Of a stretch of 64,000 nt of DNA, positions 52,386 to 63,693 are shown one piece after another. The stretch is taken from positions 1-64,000 of the forward strand of contig CAVVEU010000017.1 in NCBI GenBank assembly GCA_963747235.1, written 5' to 3'. The notes beneath the pieces are model-generated. The model ran no database searches. It saw only the letters and a program-made list of their open reading frames with translations, and was not told the DNA's origin. This DNA comes from an uncultured Candidatus Rokubacteria bacterium (GTDB lineage Bacteria; Methylomirabilota; Methylomirabilia; Rokubacteriales; CSP1-6). The stretch's first letter is position 1, and every line of letters begins with the position of its first letter. Both the position numbers and the translations under genes were made by a program.

Positions 52386-52790
52386 ATGCCGATGCCGCCG
52401 CGGCGCCAGACGATTCTCGTGGTGGACGACGAGGACGACATCCGCGCGGTGGTGCGCCAGATGCTGACCGCCGACGGCTACCTCGTGCTGGACGCCGAGG
52501 ATCCCAACCAGGCGCTGCGCCTGGCCGGCCAGCAGCACGTGGACCTGCTGCTCACCGACGTGGTGATGCCGCTGATGCGGGGCACCGAGCTGGCGCAGCG
52601 CCTGCTGGCGGTGGTGCCCTCCGCGAAGGTGCTCCTCATGTCGGCGTACAAGGTGGCCGAGATCGCCGCCTCGGGGCATCCGTTCCTGGCCAAGCCCTTC
52701 ACGCCGGACGTGCTCCGGGAGCGGGTGCGCGAGATCCTGCGGGACGAGCCGTCGCCGTTCGCGCGGAAGCCTCCCGGCCGCCCGCGCTGA
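52386..52790 (+). CDS. single-domain response regulator
   Basis: ILVVDDE, LLTDVVMP, LAKPF. Confidence 0.88.
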   Translation: MPMPPRRQTILVVDDEDDIRAVVRQMLTADGYLVLDAEDPNQALRLAGQQHVDLLLTDVVMPLMRGTELAQRLLAVVPSAKVLLMSAYKVAEIAASGHPFLAKPFTPDVLRERVREILRDEPSPFARKPPGRPR

Positions 52791-52796
52791 GCGCGC

Positions 52797-53612
52797 TCAG
52801 CCCTTCACGCCGCCCGCTCCCCAGCCCTGCACGAGGTAGCGCTGCACCGCGACGAAGAAGCCGACGGTGGGCACCGTGATCATCACGCCCGCCGCCATGA
52901 TCATCCCCCAGTCCACGATCGTCGCGTTGAAGAGGTCGTTGACGCCCACCGGCAGCGTCTTCAGCTCCTCGGAGGTGATCAGCACCAGCGCGAAGAGGAA
53001 ATCGTTCCAGGCCAGGATGAAGGTGAAGATCGCCGCCGCGATCAACCCGGGCAGGGCCAGCGGGAGCACCACGTACCACACGGTCCGGCCCCGGCCCGCG
53101 CCGTCCACCAGCGCGGCCTCTTCCAGCTCGAGGGGGATCGACTGGAAGAACGCGCGGAGCACCCACAGGCAGAAGGGCAGGCAGAACGTGGTGTAGGAGA
53201 GCACGAGCGCCAGCCGCGTGTTCACGATCCCGAGCTGCCGGACCAGGACGTAGAAGGGGATGATGATCATGATCGGCGCGAACATGTAGGTCAGGAGGAT
53301 CAGGCCGGCCACGCTCTCGCGCCCGCGAAAGCGATAGCGGGTGAGGCCGTAGGCGCCGAGGGCGGACACGGTCAGCGTCAGGAGCACGGTGGCGCCAGCC
53401 ACCATCACGCTGTTGCGAAAGAACGCCAGGAAGCTCGTATCGGCGAAGAGGCGCCAGAAGTTCTCCAGGGTGGGATGGAGCGGCACCAGGCGCGGGGTGG
53501 CGAAGATCTCGCCCGACGGCTTGAGCGCGGTCGAGAGCATCCAGAGGAACGGGAAGGCGGCCCCGATCAGCAGCACCGTGCCGGCCCCGTAGAGGCCGAT
53601 CGCGCGCCTCAC
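52797..53612 (-). CDS. carbohydrate ABC permease
   Basis: LEEAALVDGA, AWNDF; GTG start overlaps upstream stop. Confidence 0.9.
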   Translation of the reverse strand: MRRAIGLYGAGTVLLIGAAFPFLWMLSTALKPSGEIFATPRLVPLHPTLENFWRLFADTSFLAFFRNSVMVAGATVLLTLTVSALGAYGLTRYRFRGRESVAGLILLTYMFAPIMIIIPFYVLVRQLGIVNTRLALVLSYTTFCLPFCLWVLRAFFQSIPLELEEAALVDGAGRGRTVWYVVLPLALPGLIAAAIFTFILAWNDFLFALVLITSEELKTLPVGVNDLFNATIVDWGMIMAAGVMITVPTVGFFVAVQRYLVQGWGAGGVKG

Positions 53613-54484
53613 GAGAAGACCTCGTCGCGGCGGAACATCCGGAAGTACACCGCGGTCGCGGCCACCAGCATCGCGAACATGATCACCGCGAGCGCCGCGC
53701 CCATCCCGGCCTGGAGATAGGTGAAGCTGCGCGCGTAGGCGTAGACCGGCAGGGTGCGGATGTAGCGGCTCACCCCGCTGTCGCCCGCCATCAGCCACAC
53801 CGTGTCGAACTTGGTGAACATCCAGATGCTGCGCAGCAGCACGATCACGAAGAGCACGCTCGCGGTCTGGGGCAGGGTGACGTGCACGAACCGGCGCCAC
53901 GCGGAGGCGCCGTCCACGGTGGCCGCCTCGTAGAGCTCGGGCGGGATCGTCTGCAGCCGCGCCAGGTAGGTCACCACCACGAAGGGGAAGAACTGCCAGA
54001 CGCTGGTGACGATGAGCGAGGCCATGATGTAGTCGGGCCCCAGCCAGGCCACCGGCGCCCGCACCAGGCCCGCGCTCATGAGGAGGTGGTTGACGAGGCC
54101 GTAGGAATCGTTGAGCAGCCACTTCCACAGGATCACCGCCACGATGGTGGGGATCATGTAGGGGAAGAGCACGACGCCGCGCAGGAGGTTGCGCCCGCGG
54201 AAGCCCTCGTTCAGGAGCAGGGCGGCGGGCACGCCGACGCCGAGCTGCAGCACCATGGTCACGCCTGCGTAGACGCTGCCGTAGTAGAAGCTGGTCCAGA
54301 ACTCCGGATCACTCGCGAAGTAGCGGTAGTGCCGCAGGCCGACGAAGGCCTGCACCGGCATGAAGGCGTGCTTGTCGAAGAGGCTGAGCCAGACGTTGTA
54401 GAGGACCGGGAAGACGACGAGCCCGCCCAGCAGGACGAGCGACGGGGCGAGGAGGAGCCAGCCGACGAGCGCGCTCTTCCTCAC
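53609..54484 (-). CDS. carbohydrate ABC permease
   Basis: LYEAATVDGASAWRRF..VTLP. Confidence 0.9.
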   Translation of the reverse strand: MRKSALVGWLLLAPSLVLLGGLVVFPVLYNVWLSLFDKHAFMPVQAFVGLRHYRYFASDPEFWTSFYYGSVYAGVTMVLQLGVGVPAALLLNEGFRGRNLLRGVVLFPYMIPTIVAVILWKWLLNDSYGLVNHLLMSAGLVRAPVAWLGPDYIMASLIVTSVWQFFPFVVVTYLARLQTIPPELYEAATVDGASAWRRFVHVTLPQTASVLFVIVLLRSIWMFTKFDTVWLMAGDSGVSRYIRTLPVYAYARSFTYLQAGMGAALAVIMFAMLVAATAVYFRMFRRDEVFS

Positions 54485-54506
54485 TCGCCCCGCCCGCGAT
54501 CCGGGC

Positions 54507-55884
54507 CTACGACCAGCGCTTGTGACCGAGCTGGGTGAGGAGCTCCTCGGCGCGCTTCTGCGCCCGATCGGCCTCCGCCTTCGGGTTCTTGCCGCCCACC
54601 ATGACCTCCACGATCATGTCGGCCACGATGCTCGAGCCGTCGAGCTCGGCCAGGAACGGCAGGAGGTTGTCCTCGGGCTTGGTGAAGCCCAGCGGCAGGA
54701 AGCGGTTGCCGCGCAGCCCGGTCATCAGCACGTCGTGCCACGCCTTCCACTTCTTGATGCGCTCGTTGGCCAGGTAGGCCGGGTCGTTCAGCATCGACGT
54801 GAAGATCGGCGTCAGGTGGATCGGCACCGAGTGGCAGTACTGCAGGTAGTGCTCCTTCTTGTAGAAGAGCCGCAGGAACTCGAAGGCCTCGTTCGGGTAC
54901 TTGGACTGGCTGAACACGGCCCAGTTCTCGCCGTCGAGCGCGGAGATGCCGACCTTGCCGGAGGGCCCGTGCGGCCGGAGCATCGGCATGAAGTGCTCGG
55001 GGTCCCGCATGCCCTCCGGCGCGTACTTCTCGATGTAGCCGATCGCGCGCGCGCCCGAGAGGTAGCTCATCGCGATCTTGCCGGTGGCCAGGGCGGCCTG
55101 GGTGTCGAGGTACTTCTGGCCGGACCAGCCCTGCGACTGGAACTTGTTCAGCTTCTGCAGATAGTCGAGCGTCTCCAGCATCGACTTGCTGTTGAGCTGG
55201 GGCCGCCACGTCTTGGCGTCCACCCATCCGCCGCCGTTGCCGGCCATCCACTCCGCCGGATGCACGAAGCCCATGTAGAGCTTCTCGCCCGCCATCTGGA
55301 ACGCGTAGCGGCCGTCCTCGGTCAGCGCGGCGGCCAGCTTGAGCATGTCGTCGTAGGTGACCGGCGTCTTGAAGCCCTTCTTCTCCCGCAGGTCGCGGCG
55401 CTCGCAGAAGTAGGTGGCGCCCATCGCGTGGGTGACCCCGTAGTACTTGCCGTCGAAGTACTGGAGCTTCCGCGTCGCCTCGTGGATGTCGTTCTCGCCG
55501 ATCGAGCGGATCAGCTCGTCCATCGGGCGCAGCAGGTTCTTGGTGTAGAGCGACGCGGTCATGAACGGATTGAGGTGCGTGAGGTCGGGCGGGCTGCCCG
55601 CGGACAGCGAGGCGAGGAGCTTGGTGTTGAGATCGCCCCAGCCGAGCGCCTGCTGGCGCACCTTGAAGCCGGGGAACTTCCGCTCGAACTCGGCGATGCG
55701 ACGTGTCCTGGATGGTCTTGACGGTCTGGGGCTCGACCTCGGTGTGCCAGACCGTGAGCTCGCGCACCTGCTGGCCGATGACCGCGGGGGCGCGCCCGAA
55801 CGTGGCGGCGCCGACGGCGGCGGCGGTGCCGGCGAGGAAACGACGACGGGAGACGCGAGATCCGAGGGCGGGTGGCTGGGGCAT
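54507..55884 (-). CDS. carbohydrate ABC substrate-binding protein with Tat-like signal (frameshift near 55703)
   Basis: SRRRFLAG; AGSPPDL, DGKYYG in the shifted frame. Confidence 0.85.
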
Positions 55885-56096
55885 CGGTGCCGCTCCTTCC
55901 GTGGTGCCTTCGTTGGCCTTCCGAGAGTGCCGGGACGCGCCGCGAACGCTGCCGAGTCTACTCGGCCCGCGTCGGGTGTCAAGAGAATGACCGGGACCGC
56001 CTGCCGTCTTGACAATCCCGAGGCGTCGGGCGCAGTCTTGGGCCCGCCGACCGACCGGCGCGCTCCCGCGGGAGACGCGCAGAGAGAGAGGATGCG

Positions 56097-57377
56097 ATGA
56101 AGCAGCCCTGGAGACAGTCGATCCTGGCCTGGATCCTGATCGGAGCCGTCACCGGAGTCATCGTGCTCGCGGGGGCCGGGGCCTTCGTCGCGCGGGCGGC
56201 CGACCCGATCAAGATCGGCTTCGGCATGGCCCTCACCGGCGGGCTCTCCGCCAACGGCAAGCCGGCCTTGCTCGCGCTGCAGATCTGGAAGGACGACGTC
56301 AACAAGAAGGGCGGCCTGCTCGGCCGGCCGGTGGAGCTGGTCTTCTACGACGACCAGACCAACCCGGCCACCGTGCCGGGCATCTACTCGAAGCTGCTCG
56401 ATGTGGACAAGGTGGACCTCGTGACCTCGGGCTACGGCACCAATCTCATCGCGCCGCTCATGCCGATCGCGATGGAGCGCAAGCTCCTGATCATGGGGAT
56501 CTTCGGGCTCGCCAACAACGAGAAGTACAAGTACCCGAACTACTTCCAGATCTCGCCGAACGGGCCCGAGCCGGAGACGAGCACCGCGCTCGGCTTCTTC
56601 GAGCTGGCCGCCCGGCAGAATCCGAAGCCGCAGACGGTGGCGATCGTGGGCGCCGACGCCGAGTACCCGCAGAACGCGCTCGTCGGCGCGCGCGAGCTGA
56701 TCAAGAAGTTCGGCTTCAAGACGGTCTACGACCGCACCTATCCGCCGAGCACCACCGACTACACCCCGATCGTGCGGGCGATCAAGGCCACCAATCCCGA
56801 CATCGTGTTCATCGCCTCCTACCCGCCGGACTCGGTGGGCATGCTGCGGGCGGCGCACGAGGTGGGGCTCTCACCCAAGATCATGGGCGGGGGCATGGTG
56901 GGACTGATGTTCACCACCATCATGACCAGCATGGGCCCCATGCTGAACGGCATCGTGAACTACGACTTCTGGGCGCCCGAGCCGACGTTCCTCGCGATCG
57001 CCGGCGTCAAGGAGTTCCTGAAGGAGTACCAGGCGCGCGCCGAGAAGGCGGGAGTCGATCCGCTCGGCTACTACCTGCCGCCCTACTCGTACGCGACCGG
57101 GCAGGTGCTGGCCCAGGCCATCGAGGCCACCAAGGGCCTCGACCAGCAGAAGCTGGCCGACTACATCCGCGCCACCGAGTTCAACACCATCGTGGGCAAG
57201 GTGAAGTTCGGGAAGAACGGCGAGTGGGCCAAGGGCCGCACCCTGATGGTCCAGTTCCAGAAGATCCAGGGGACGGGGATCGACCAGTTCCGCGGGCCGG
57301 GCAAGAAGGTCGTGCTCTATCCCGACGAGTTCAAGTCCGGCAACATCATCTATCCGTACTCGGCGGCGAAGAACTAG
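56097..57377 (+). CDS. branched-chain amino acid ABC substrate-binding protein
   Basis: PIKIG, GGLLGRPVELVFYDDQ. Confidence 0.9.
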   Translation: MKQPWRQSILAWILIGAVTGVIVLAGAGAFVARAADPIKIGFGMALTGGLSANGKPALLALQIWKDDVNKKGGLLGRPVELVFYDDQTNPATVPGIYSKLLDVDKVDLVTSGYGTNLIAPLMPIAMERKLLIMGIFGLANNEKYKYPNYFQISPNGPEPETSTALGFFELAARQNPKPQTVAIVGADAEYPQNALVGARELIKKFGFKTVYDRTYPPSTTDYTPIVRAIKATNPDIVFIASYPPDSVGMLRAAHEVGLSPKIMGGGMVGLMFTTIMTSMGPMLNGIVNYDFWAPEPTFLAIAGVKEFLKEYQARAEKAGVDPLGYYLPPYSYATGQVLAQAIEATKGLDQQKLADYIRATEFNTIVGKVKFGKNGEWAKGRTLMVQFQKIQGTGIDQFRGPGKKVVLYPDEFKSGNIIYPYSAAKN

Positions 57378-57390
57378 CGGCGAGCGCTCC

Positions 57391-58263
57391 CTGTTCTCCT
57401 GGGACCTGCTGGCGAACGCGCTGGTCGCCGGACTCCTGCTCGGGGGCTTCTATGCCGCGGTGAGCCTCGGCATCTCGCTCATCTTCGGCCTGCTCGACAT
57501 CGCCAACATCGCGCAGCCCGCGTTCCTGATCCTGGGCTCCTACGCGGCCTACGTGATGAACACCGCGTTCGGGCTCGACCCCATCCTCGCCGGGGTGCTC
57601 TTCACGCCCGTGTTCTACGGCCTGGGCGTCGTGGTGTATCGCGTCTACTACGAGAGCTTCGAGCGACGCGGGGAGGAGTCGCTGCGGGGCCTCGTCTTCT
57701 TCTTCGGCCTCCTCTTCATCATCGAGGTGAGCCTCAGCCTCAAGTACGGCGTCGACTACCGGCTGGTGCAGGCGGACTACATCGGCAAGTCGCTCGATCT
57801 GGGCGGCGTCGGGATCGCGTACCGCCTCCTGGTGCCCTGCCTCGTCGGGCTCGCGATGACCCTGGCCCTCTACCTCTTCCTGGGCCGGAGCTTCTACGGC
57901 CGGGCGATCATGGCGGTGTCGCAGGACGCGGGCGCCCTGCGCCTGATGGGCGCCAATCCGGTCCAGATCAAGACCATCGCCTTCGGGGTCGGGATCGCGG
58001 CGGCCGGCCTGGCCGGGGCGCTGCTGATCACGATCGCGCCGGTGGTGCCGTCGTCGGACCGCGACTACATCGGCCGCATGTTCGCGATCACGGTCCTGGG
58101 CGGCATGGGCAGCATCGGCGGGACCCTCGTGGCCGCCATCATCCTGGGCGTGGTCGAGAGCCTGATGGGCACCTTCTTCGGCCCCTCCTGGTCGCTCGCG
58201 GTGTCATTCGGCATCCTGCTGGTCGCGCTCGCGGTGCGCCCGGCCGGGCTCTTCGGGCGCTAG
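57391..58263 (+). CDS. branched-chain amino acid ABC permease (LivH-like)
   Basis: GLLLGGFYAAVSLGISLIFG, VLGGMGS; start inferred at CTG 57391. Confidence 0.88.
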   Translation: MFSWDLLANALVAGLLLGGFYAAVSLGISLIFGLLDIANIAQPAFLILGSYAAYVMNTAFGLDPILAGVLFTPVFYGLGVVVYRVYYESFERRGEESLRGLVFFFGLLFIIEVSLSLKYGVDYRLVQADYIGKSLDLGGVGIAYRLLVPCLVGLAMTLALYLFLGRSFYGRAIMAVSQDAGALRLMGANPVQIKTIAFGVGIAAAGLAGALLITIAPVVPSSDRDYIGRMFAITVLGGMGSIGGTLVAAIILGVVESLMGTFFGPSWSLAVSFGILLVALAVRPAGLFGR

Positions 58264-59199
58264 ATGCGACGGACGAGCACGGTCCTGCTGGTGGGCCTGG
58301 CGCTGGTGGGGGCCGGGATCCTGGTGGCCTCCCTGCGCGTCAATCCGTATTTCTACTTCGCGGCCTACGTGATCCTCCAGTACATCGTGATCGCCACCGC
58401 GTGGAACATCCTGGGCGGGTACGCGGGCTACGTGAACTTCGGCACCCCCGCCTTCTTCGCGCTCGGGGCGTACACCGCGGTGTTCCTGATCCAGTCGGTG
58501 CGGGCGCCGCTGCCGGTCCTGATCCTGGCCGGCGGCCTGGTCTCGGCGCTGCTCGGCCTCGGCATCGGCTATCTCACCCTGCGCCTGCGCGGCGTCTTCT
58601 TCTCGATCGCGACGCTGGCCCTGTCCATCGTGCTCCAGACCGTGATCATCAACTGGGAGTTCGTGGGCGGCTCCCGCGGCCTCAGCGTCATCCGCCCGAG
58701 CGGCCCGCCCTTCGGCAACTACGTGACGTTCCTCTTCACGGTCATGGTCTTCCTCGCGGTCGTCGCGGTGATCACCGCCCGCTTCATCGAGCGCTCCTGG
58801 ATCGGTCGCGGGCTCGCCGCGCTGCGGGACAACGAGGAGGCGGCCGAGTGCATGGGGGTGCCGACCCTGCGGCTGAAGCTCTTCGCCACCACGATCAGCG
58901 GCTTCCTGCTGGGGGTCGCGGGCGCCCCGTTTCCGTACTACGTGACCTTCGTGGATCCCAACTCCGCCTTCAGCCTCGACTACGCGGTGAACGCGCTCGC
59001 GATGCCGATGATCGGGGGGACCACGAGCTGGGCGGGGCCGATCATCGGGGCGGTGCTGCTCGGCAGCGCCCAGCAGCTCGCCACCGTGACCATCTCCTCG
59101 GAGATGAACCTGTTCATCGTGGGCGTGGTGCTGGTCGCCTTCGTGGTCCTCGCCCCCGAGGGCATCCTCGGGCTGGTCCGGCGCCTGCGCGGCCGCTGA
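58264..59199 (+). CDS. branched-chain amino acid ABC permease (LivM-like)
   Basis: WNILGGYAGYVNFG, LRLRGVFF, PEGILG. Confidence 0.9.
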   Translation: MRRTSTVLLVGLALVGAGILVASLRVNPYFYFAAYVILQYIVIATAWNILGGYAGYVNFGTPAFFALGAYTAVFLIQSVRAPLPVLILAGGLVSALLGLGIGYLTLRLRGVFFSIATLALSIVLQTVIINWEFVGGSRGLSVIRPSGPPFGNYVTFLFTVMVFLAVVAVITARFIERSWIGRGLAALRDNEEAAECMGVPTLRLKLFATTISGFLLGVAGAPFPYYVTFVDPNSAFSLDYAVNALAMPMIGGTTSWAGPIIGAVLLGSAQQLATVTISSEMNLFIVGVVLVAFVVLAPEGILGLVRRLRGR

Positions 59200-59202
59200 G
59201 CG

Positions 59203-59908
59203 ATGAACGCCATCCTGGAGATCGACGGGCTCTCCAAGCGCTTCGGCGGCTTCCTCGCCCTGAACCGGCTGAGCCTGCACGTGAAGCCGGGCGAGCGGTT
59301 CGGGCTGATCGGGCCCAACGGGTCGGGCAAGACCACCCTCATCAACTGCGTGTCCGGCTCGCTCCCCGCGGACGGCGGCCGGATCCTCTTCGAGGGCCGG
59401 GAGATCACGACCCTGCCCGCCCACCGGCGGACCCGGCTCGGCATCGTGCGGAGCTTTCAGATCCCGAAGCCGTTCAGCAGCATGACCGTCCAGGAGAACC
59501 TCGACATCCCGCTCGAGTACGCGGCGCACCGCCGCTCCCGCGAGGCCGACGCCGACGCGGCGGAGATCTTGCGAGAGATCGGGCTCGAGTCGAAGGCGCA
59601 CCTGCGGCCCGCCGGGCTCACCCAGATCGAGATGCGCAAGCTCGAGCTGGCCCGGGCGATGGCGGCGCGGCCCAAGCTGCTCATCTCCGACGAGGCGATG
59701 GCCGGGCTGTCGAGCGCGGAGGTGGACGACATCCTGGCCATCCTCTTCCGCCTGAGCGCGCAGGGCATCACGATCATCATGATCGAGCACATCATGCGGG
59801 CGGTGATGCGCTTCTCCGAGCGCATCGTCGTGCTCGACGCGGGCGAGCGGATCGCCGAGGGCACGCCCGACGAGATCGTCCGGGACCCGGCGGTCGAGAA
59901 GGCCTACC

Positions 59909-59919
<11 letters not shown>
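59203..59919 (+). CDS. ABC ATP-binding protein (LivG-like)
   Basis: GPNGSGKTT, RSFQ, IEHIM. Confidence 0.9.
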
Positions 59920-60641
<722 letters not shown>

Positions 60642-60659
60642 GAGCCGGCGAGGACGGGC

Positions 60660-62088
60660 CTAGCCGGCCAGGAACGCCCGGGTGTGCTCGAGGAACTGGC
60701 CGAAGGCCGGCTCGGACTCGAGGAACACGTGGTTGCGCCCCGGCAGCGCCACGAACCGGGCGCCCGGGATGCCGGCCGCCATGCGGCGCCCGGCTTCGAA
60801 CGGGACGCGGGCGTCGTCGCGCGCGTGCAGCACGAGCGTCGGCACGCTCACCCGCGGAAGCAGCGCGGTCACATCGGTCTCGCCGGTGGCCGTGACGATC
60901 CGGGCGGCGGTGTCCCCCGAGACCGTGATGCGCTGCAGCTCGTTGAACCAGTCGGCCTGCTCCTTGGTCGCGCCGGGGATGAACTGCGAGGTGAACACCT
61001 GACGGAAGGCCGGATTCTCCTTGCCCCAGCCCACGCGCATCAGCGTCAGCATGGCGTCGTCCTCTTCCTTCTCGGCCGCGCTGCGGGCGCGCTTGTTCCG
61101 GCCCAGCGCGTAGCCGCCGTAGAGGATCGAGGTGCGACACCCGCTCGGGATGGCGGACCGCGTACGCGATCGAGACCGCGCAGCCCTGGGAGATCCCGAG
61201 CAGCGCGAACCGGTCGATCCCCGCCGCGTCCACCACCGCCTCCAGGTCGCTCACGAAGGCGTCGAAGGAGATCTCGTCGACGGTGCGGTCCGACAGCCCG
61301 TTGCCGCGGGCGTCGTAGCGGATGAGGGTGTGGTCCGCCGCCAGCTCCCGATAGAGGGGCCGCCAGATCGGGCTCTCGAGGTCGAACTCGAGATGGGTCA
61401 TCCAGTTGCCCGTCTTCATCAGCGGGGGACCCTGGCCGATCATCGAGTAGGCGAGCTGGACGCCGTCGGGCGCGGTGCAGAAGCGGATCTCCTGCCGGAG
61501 GTCGACGGCATTGGCGCCGGTCACGCCGGGCCCGGCGCCGCGGTCCGCGGGGGCGATCGCGAAGACGTCCACCGGCCGCGCGATGTTCTTGAAGGTGCGC
61601 GGGCCGAGCGCCTGGAAATCCGCCTTGAGCGCGCGGCTCACCTGGTCGAACACCTGGCGGGAGATGCAGATGCCGCCGGGCTCCGCGATGCCCTCGAGCC
61701 GCGACGCGACGTTGATGCCGTCGCCGTAGATCCGGGTCTCGTCGTGGATGACGTCGCCCAGGTTGATGCCGATGCGGAACCGCATGCGGCGCGACTCCGG
61801 CACCGCCTCGTTGCGCGTCGCCATGATGGTCTGCATCTCGACCGCGCACTCGGTGGCGTTGATCACGCTGGGGAACTCGGCCAGGATGCCGTCGCCCGCG
61901 GTGTCGATGATGCGGCCGCCGTAGCGGCCCACCAGCGGGAGGATCACCGCCTGGTGCCCCTTGAGGTCGCGGACCGTCGCGGCCTCGTCCTCGCCCATGA
62001 GCCGGCTGTAGCCGGCGATGTCGGCGGCCAGGATGGCGGCGAGCCGGCGCTTGATCGAGGGCGAGCGGGTGTCGTCCGTGTCTGTCAC
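60660..62088 (-). CDS. class III adenylate/guanylate cyclase fused to alpha/beta hydrolase (frameshift near 61130)
   Basis: AILAADIAGYS, AGDG, RIGINLGDV, GDGINVASRL; RYDARGNG, GISQG, GRNH. Confidence 0.88.
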
Positions 62089-62158
62089 CTGGTTCTCCGG
62101 GCGTGCGTGGCCGGATTGTGGCACATCGCGCCCACGACCGCGAGCGACGCCCCGGCGG

Positions 62159-63103
62159 CTAGGCGGCCGGGGGCGTTTGCCTCGCGGTCGGGCTGGTCTC
62201 GAACGTGTAGAGGAAGTTCGTGAAGCCGAGCATCGTAGTCGGAGACGCCGGCCTGCCCGGTCATCCGCATGCGCGTGTCGTAGACCTGCCGCATCCCGGC
62301 TTCGACCGTCCGCCCGACCGCGGTCGAGGGTGGTCCGCAGCTCGGCGAGCACTCGTCCCCAGCTCGGGACGAAGCGCCGCAGCCGCGGCGAGTCGTTCGA
62401 ACTCCCCGTGTTGCTTCCCCGCCAGCACGCACAGGTGACGATAGAAGCGCTCGAGCCGCGCGGCCTGCCTGAGGGCGGGCTCCCCGGAGGTGACCAGCGC
62501 GAGATAGGCGAGAACCTGCGCGTGCAGCTCCTTCCAGTAGCCCTTGCGGTGGCTGAACTCGTGCGCGAGGACGTGCGGCTCGAGCGGCCCCGTGTCCTTG
62601 AAGATCGCGACGTCACCCGACAGCGCGTCGCAGGCCCCGAGCGCGAACGGGAACGCGAGCTTCGAGAGGGCGAAGCCGCGCACCTCGGCGCTCGTTCGGA
62701 CGCGCTGCCCGGTGATGCTCGCGATGTAGCGCGTGAGGTGCCGGTCGACCTCGACCGCCAGCTCCCGGCGGGGGCGGCGCTGAGGAATGAACTCGTCGTT
62801 CAGGCGCTCGGCCAGGATTCGGACCTCGGCCTCACGGACTTCGCGGGGCATCGGCACCAGGTGGTGCAGGTCCGCGCCGAACTCCCGGCGGAAGTCGATC
62901 TTCCGGATCCCGCGGCGGTTGTGCCAGTCCCGGACCGCGTTGGCGAGGTACGCGCCGAGCACCGCGCCCTGCACCACGCGCCCGAGCGGCGTGACCCCGA
63001 GCAGGGCGCGGACCACCAGGGGCGCGCCGACCACGAGGTCGATCGGCGCCACGGGCCAGTACGTCGCCCGGTTGGCGATCCAGATCTCGTCCGGCGTGCT
63101 CAT
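62159..63103 (-). CDS. DUF3810-like HExxH zinc-binding protein (C-terminal frameshifts)
   Basis: AHEFSHRKGYWKE; C-terminus YDTRMRMTGQAGVSDY/GFTNFLYTFE in other frames. Confidence 0.6.
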
Positions 63104-63210
63104 CGGCGGCTAGTGTCGCACGTACCGCCGGGGAATCGGGGCGACCAAGGTCCAATAGCGTTCAAGGGGCAACCGCGCACAATGTGCTCGTACCTAAGAG
63201 GAGGGTTCCC

Positions 63211-63285
63211 ATGAGCAACGTGTTCTACATCATCGGCGTCGTGGTGGTTGTGCTGTTCGTTCTGGGGTATCTCGGCTTCCGTTGA
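63211..63285 (+). CDS. 24-aa single-TM microprotein MSNVFYIIGVVVVVLFVLGYLGFR
   Basis: GAGGAGG RBS and fully hydrophobic helix; below the ORF-track cutoff. Confidence 0.7.
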   Translation: MSNVFYIIGVVVVVLFVLGYLGFR

Positions 63286-63288
63286 GAC

Positions 63289-63310
63289 GTATTGGACCAA
63301 GGTCCAATAC
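63289..63310. promoter_or_regulatory. perfect palindrome GTATTGGACC-AA-GGTCCAATAC
   Basis: 10-bp arms; 15-bp core repeated at 63143-63157. Confidence 0.55.
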
Positions 63311-63342
63311 GGAGTTGGCCGCGCGAGCCCTAGAGTGGGAGG

Positions 63343-63507
63343 ATGCTCACGCACAAGTGCGAAACGTGTCAGAAGGACCTGATCGCGGATGTGCAGCGGT
63401 TCTGCGGTGACGATTGCCGGGTGCGTTTCGTGGAGGGCCTGAGAAAGGGCACCACGAGCCACACCGGCCGAACGGTCGCGCGGAGGCGTCGCCGCCGGGG
63501 ACGCTGA
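63343..63507 (+). CDS. 54-aa Zn-ribbon-like microprotein (CETC...FCGDDC, Arg-rich tail)
   Basis: GGGAGG before ATG; CxxC-x11-CxxxC spacing. Confidence 0.5.
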   Translation: MLTHKCETCQKDLIADVQRFCGDDCRVRFVEGLRKGTTSHTGRTVARRRRRRGR

Positions 63508-63693
63508 ATGGCGCTCCTCGCCATGAGCTTCGCCTGCAAGAGCGACGGACGCTGCGAGCATCCCCTGAGCGACTGCTCCACCGTGACGGGGGAGTACTGC
63601 CTCGGCTGCCATCACACCTCGACGCTGCCGGCGCCCGCGCGCCGATCCACGCCGCTGGGGCCGAGGGAAGCGCGTCCGGGGTCACCGCACTCC

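Noticed and set aside
58261-58266. livH-livM read-through fusion (TAG-ATG in frame)
   Set aside because: Both are complete separate permeases; ordinary abutting genes
63505-63510. Third Sec codon joining the two Cys-rich small ORFs
   Set aside because: The TGA is not in a redox motif, follows an Arg-rich tail, and I saw no convincing SECIS
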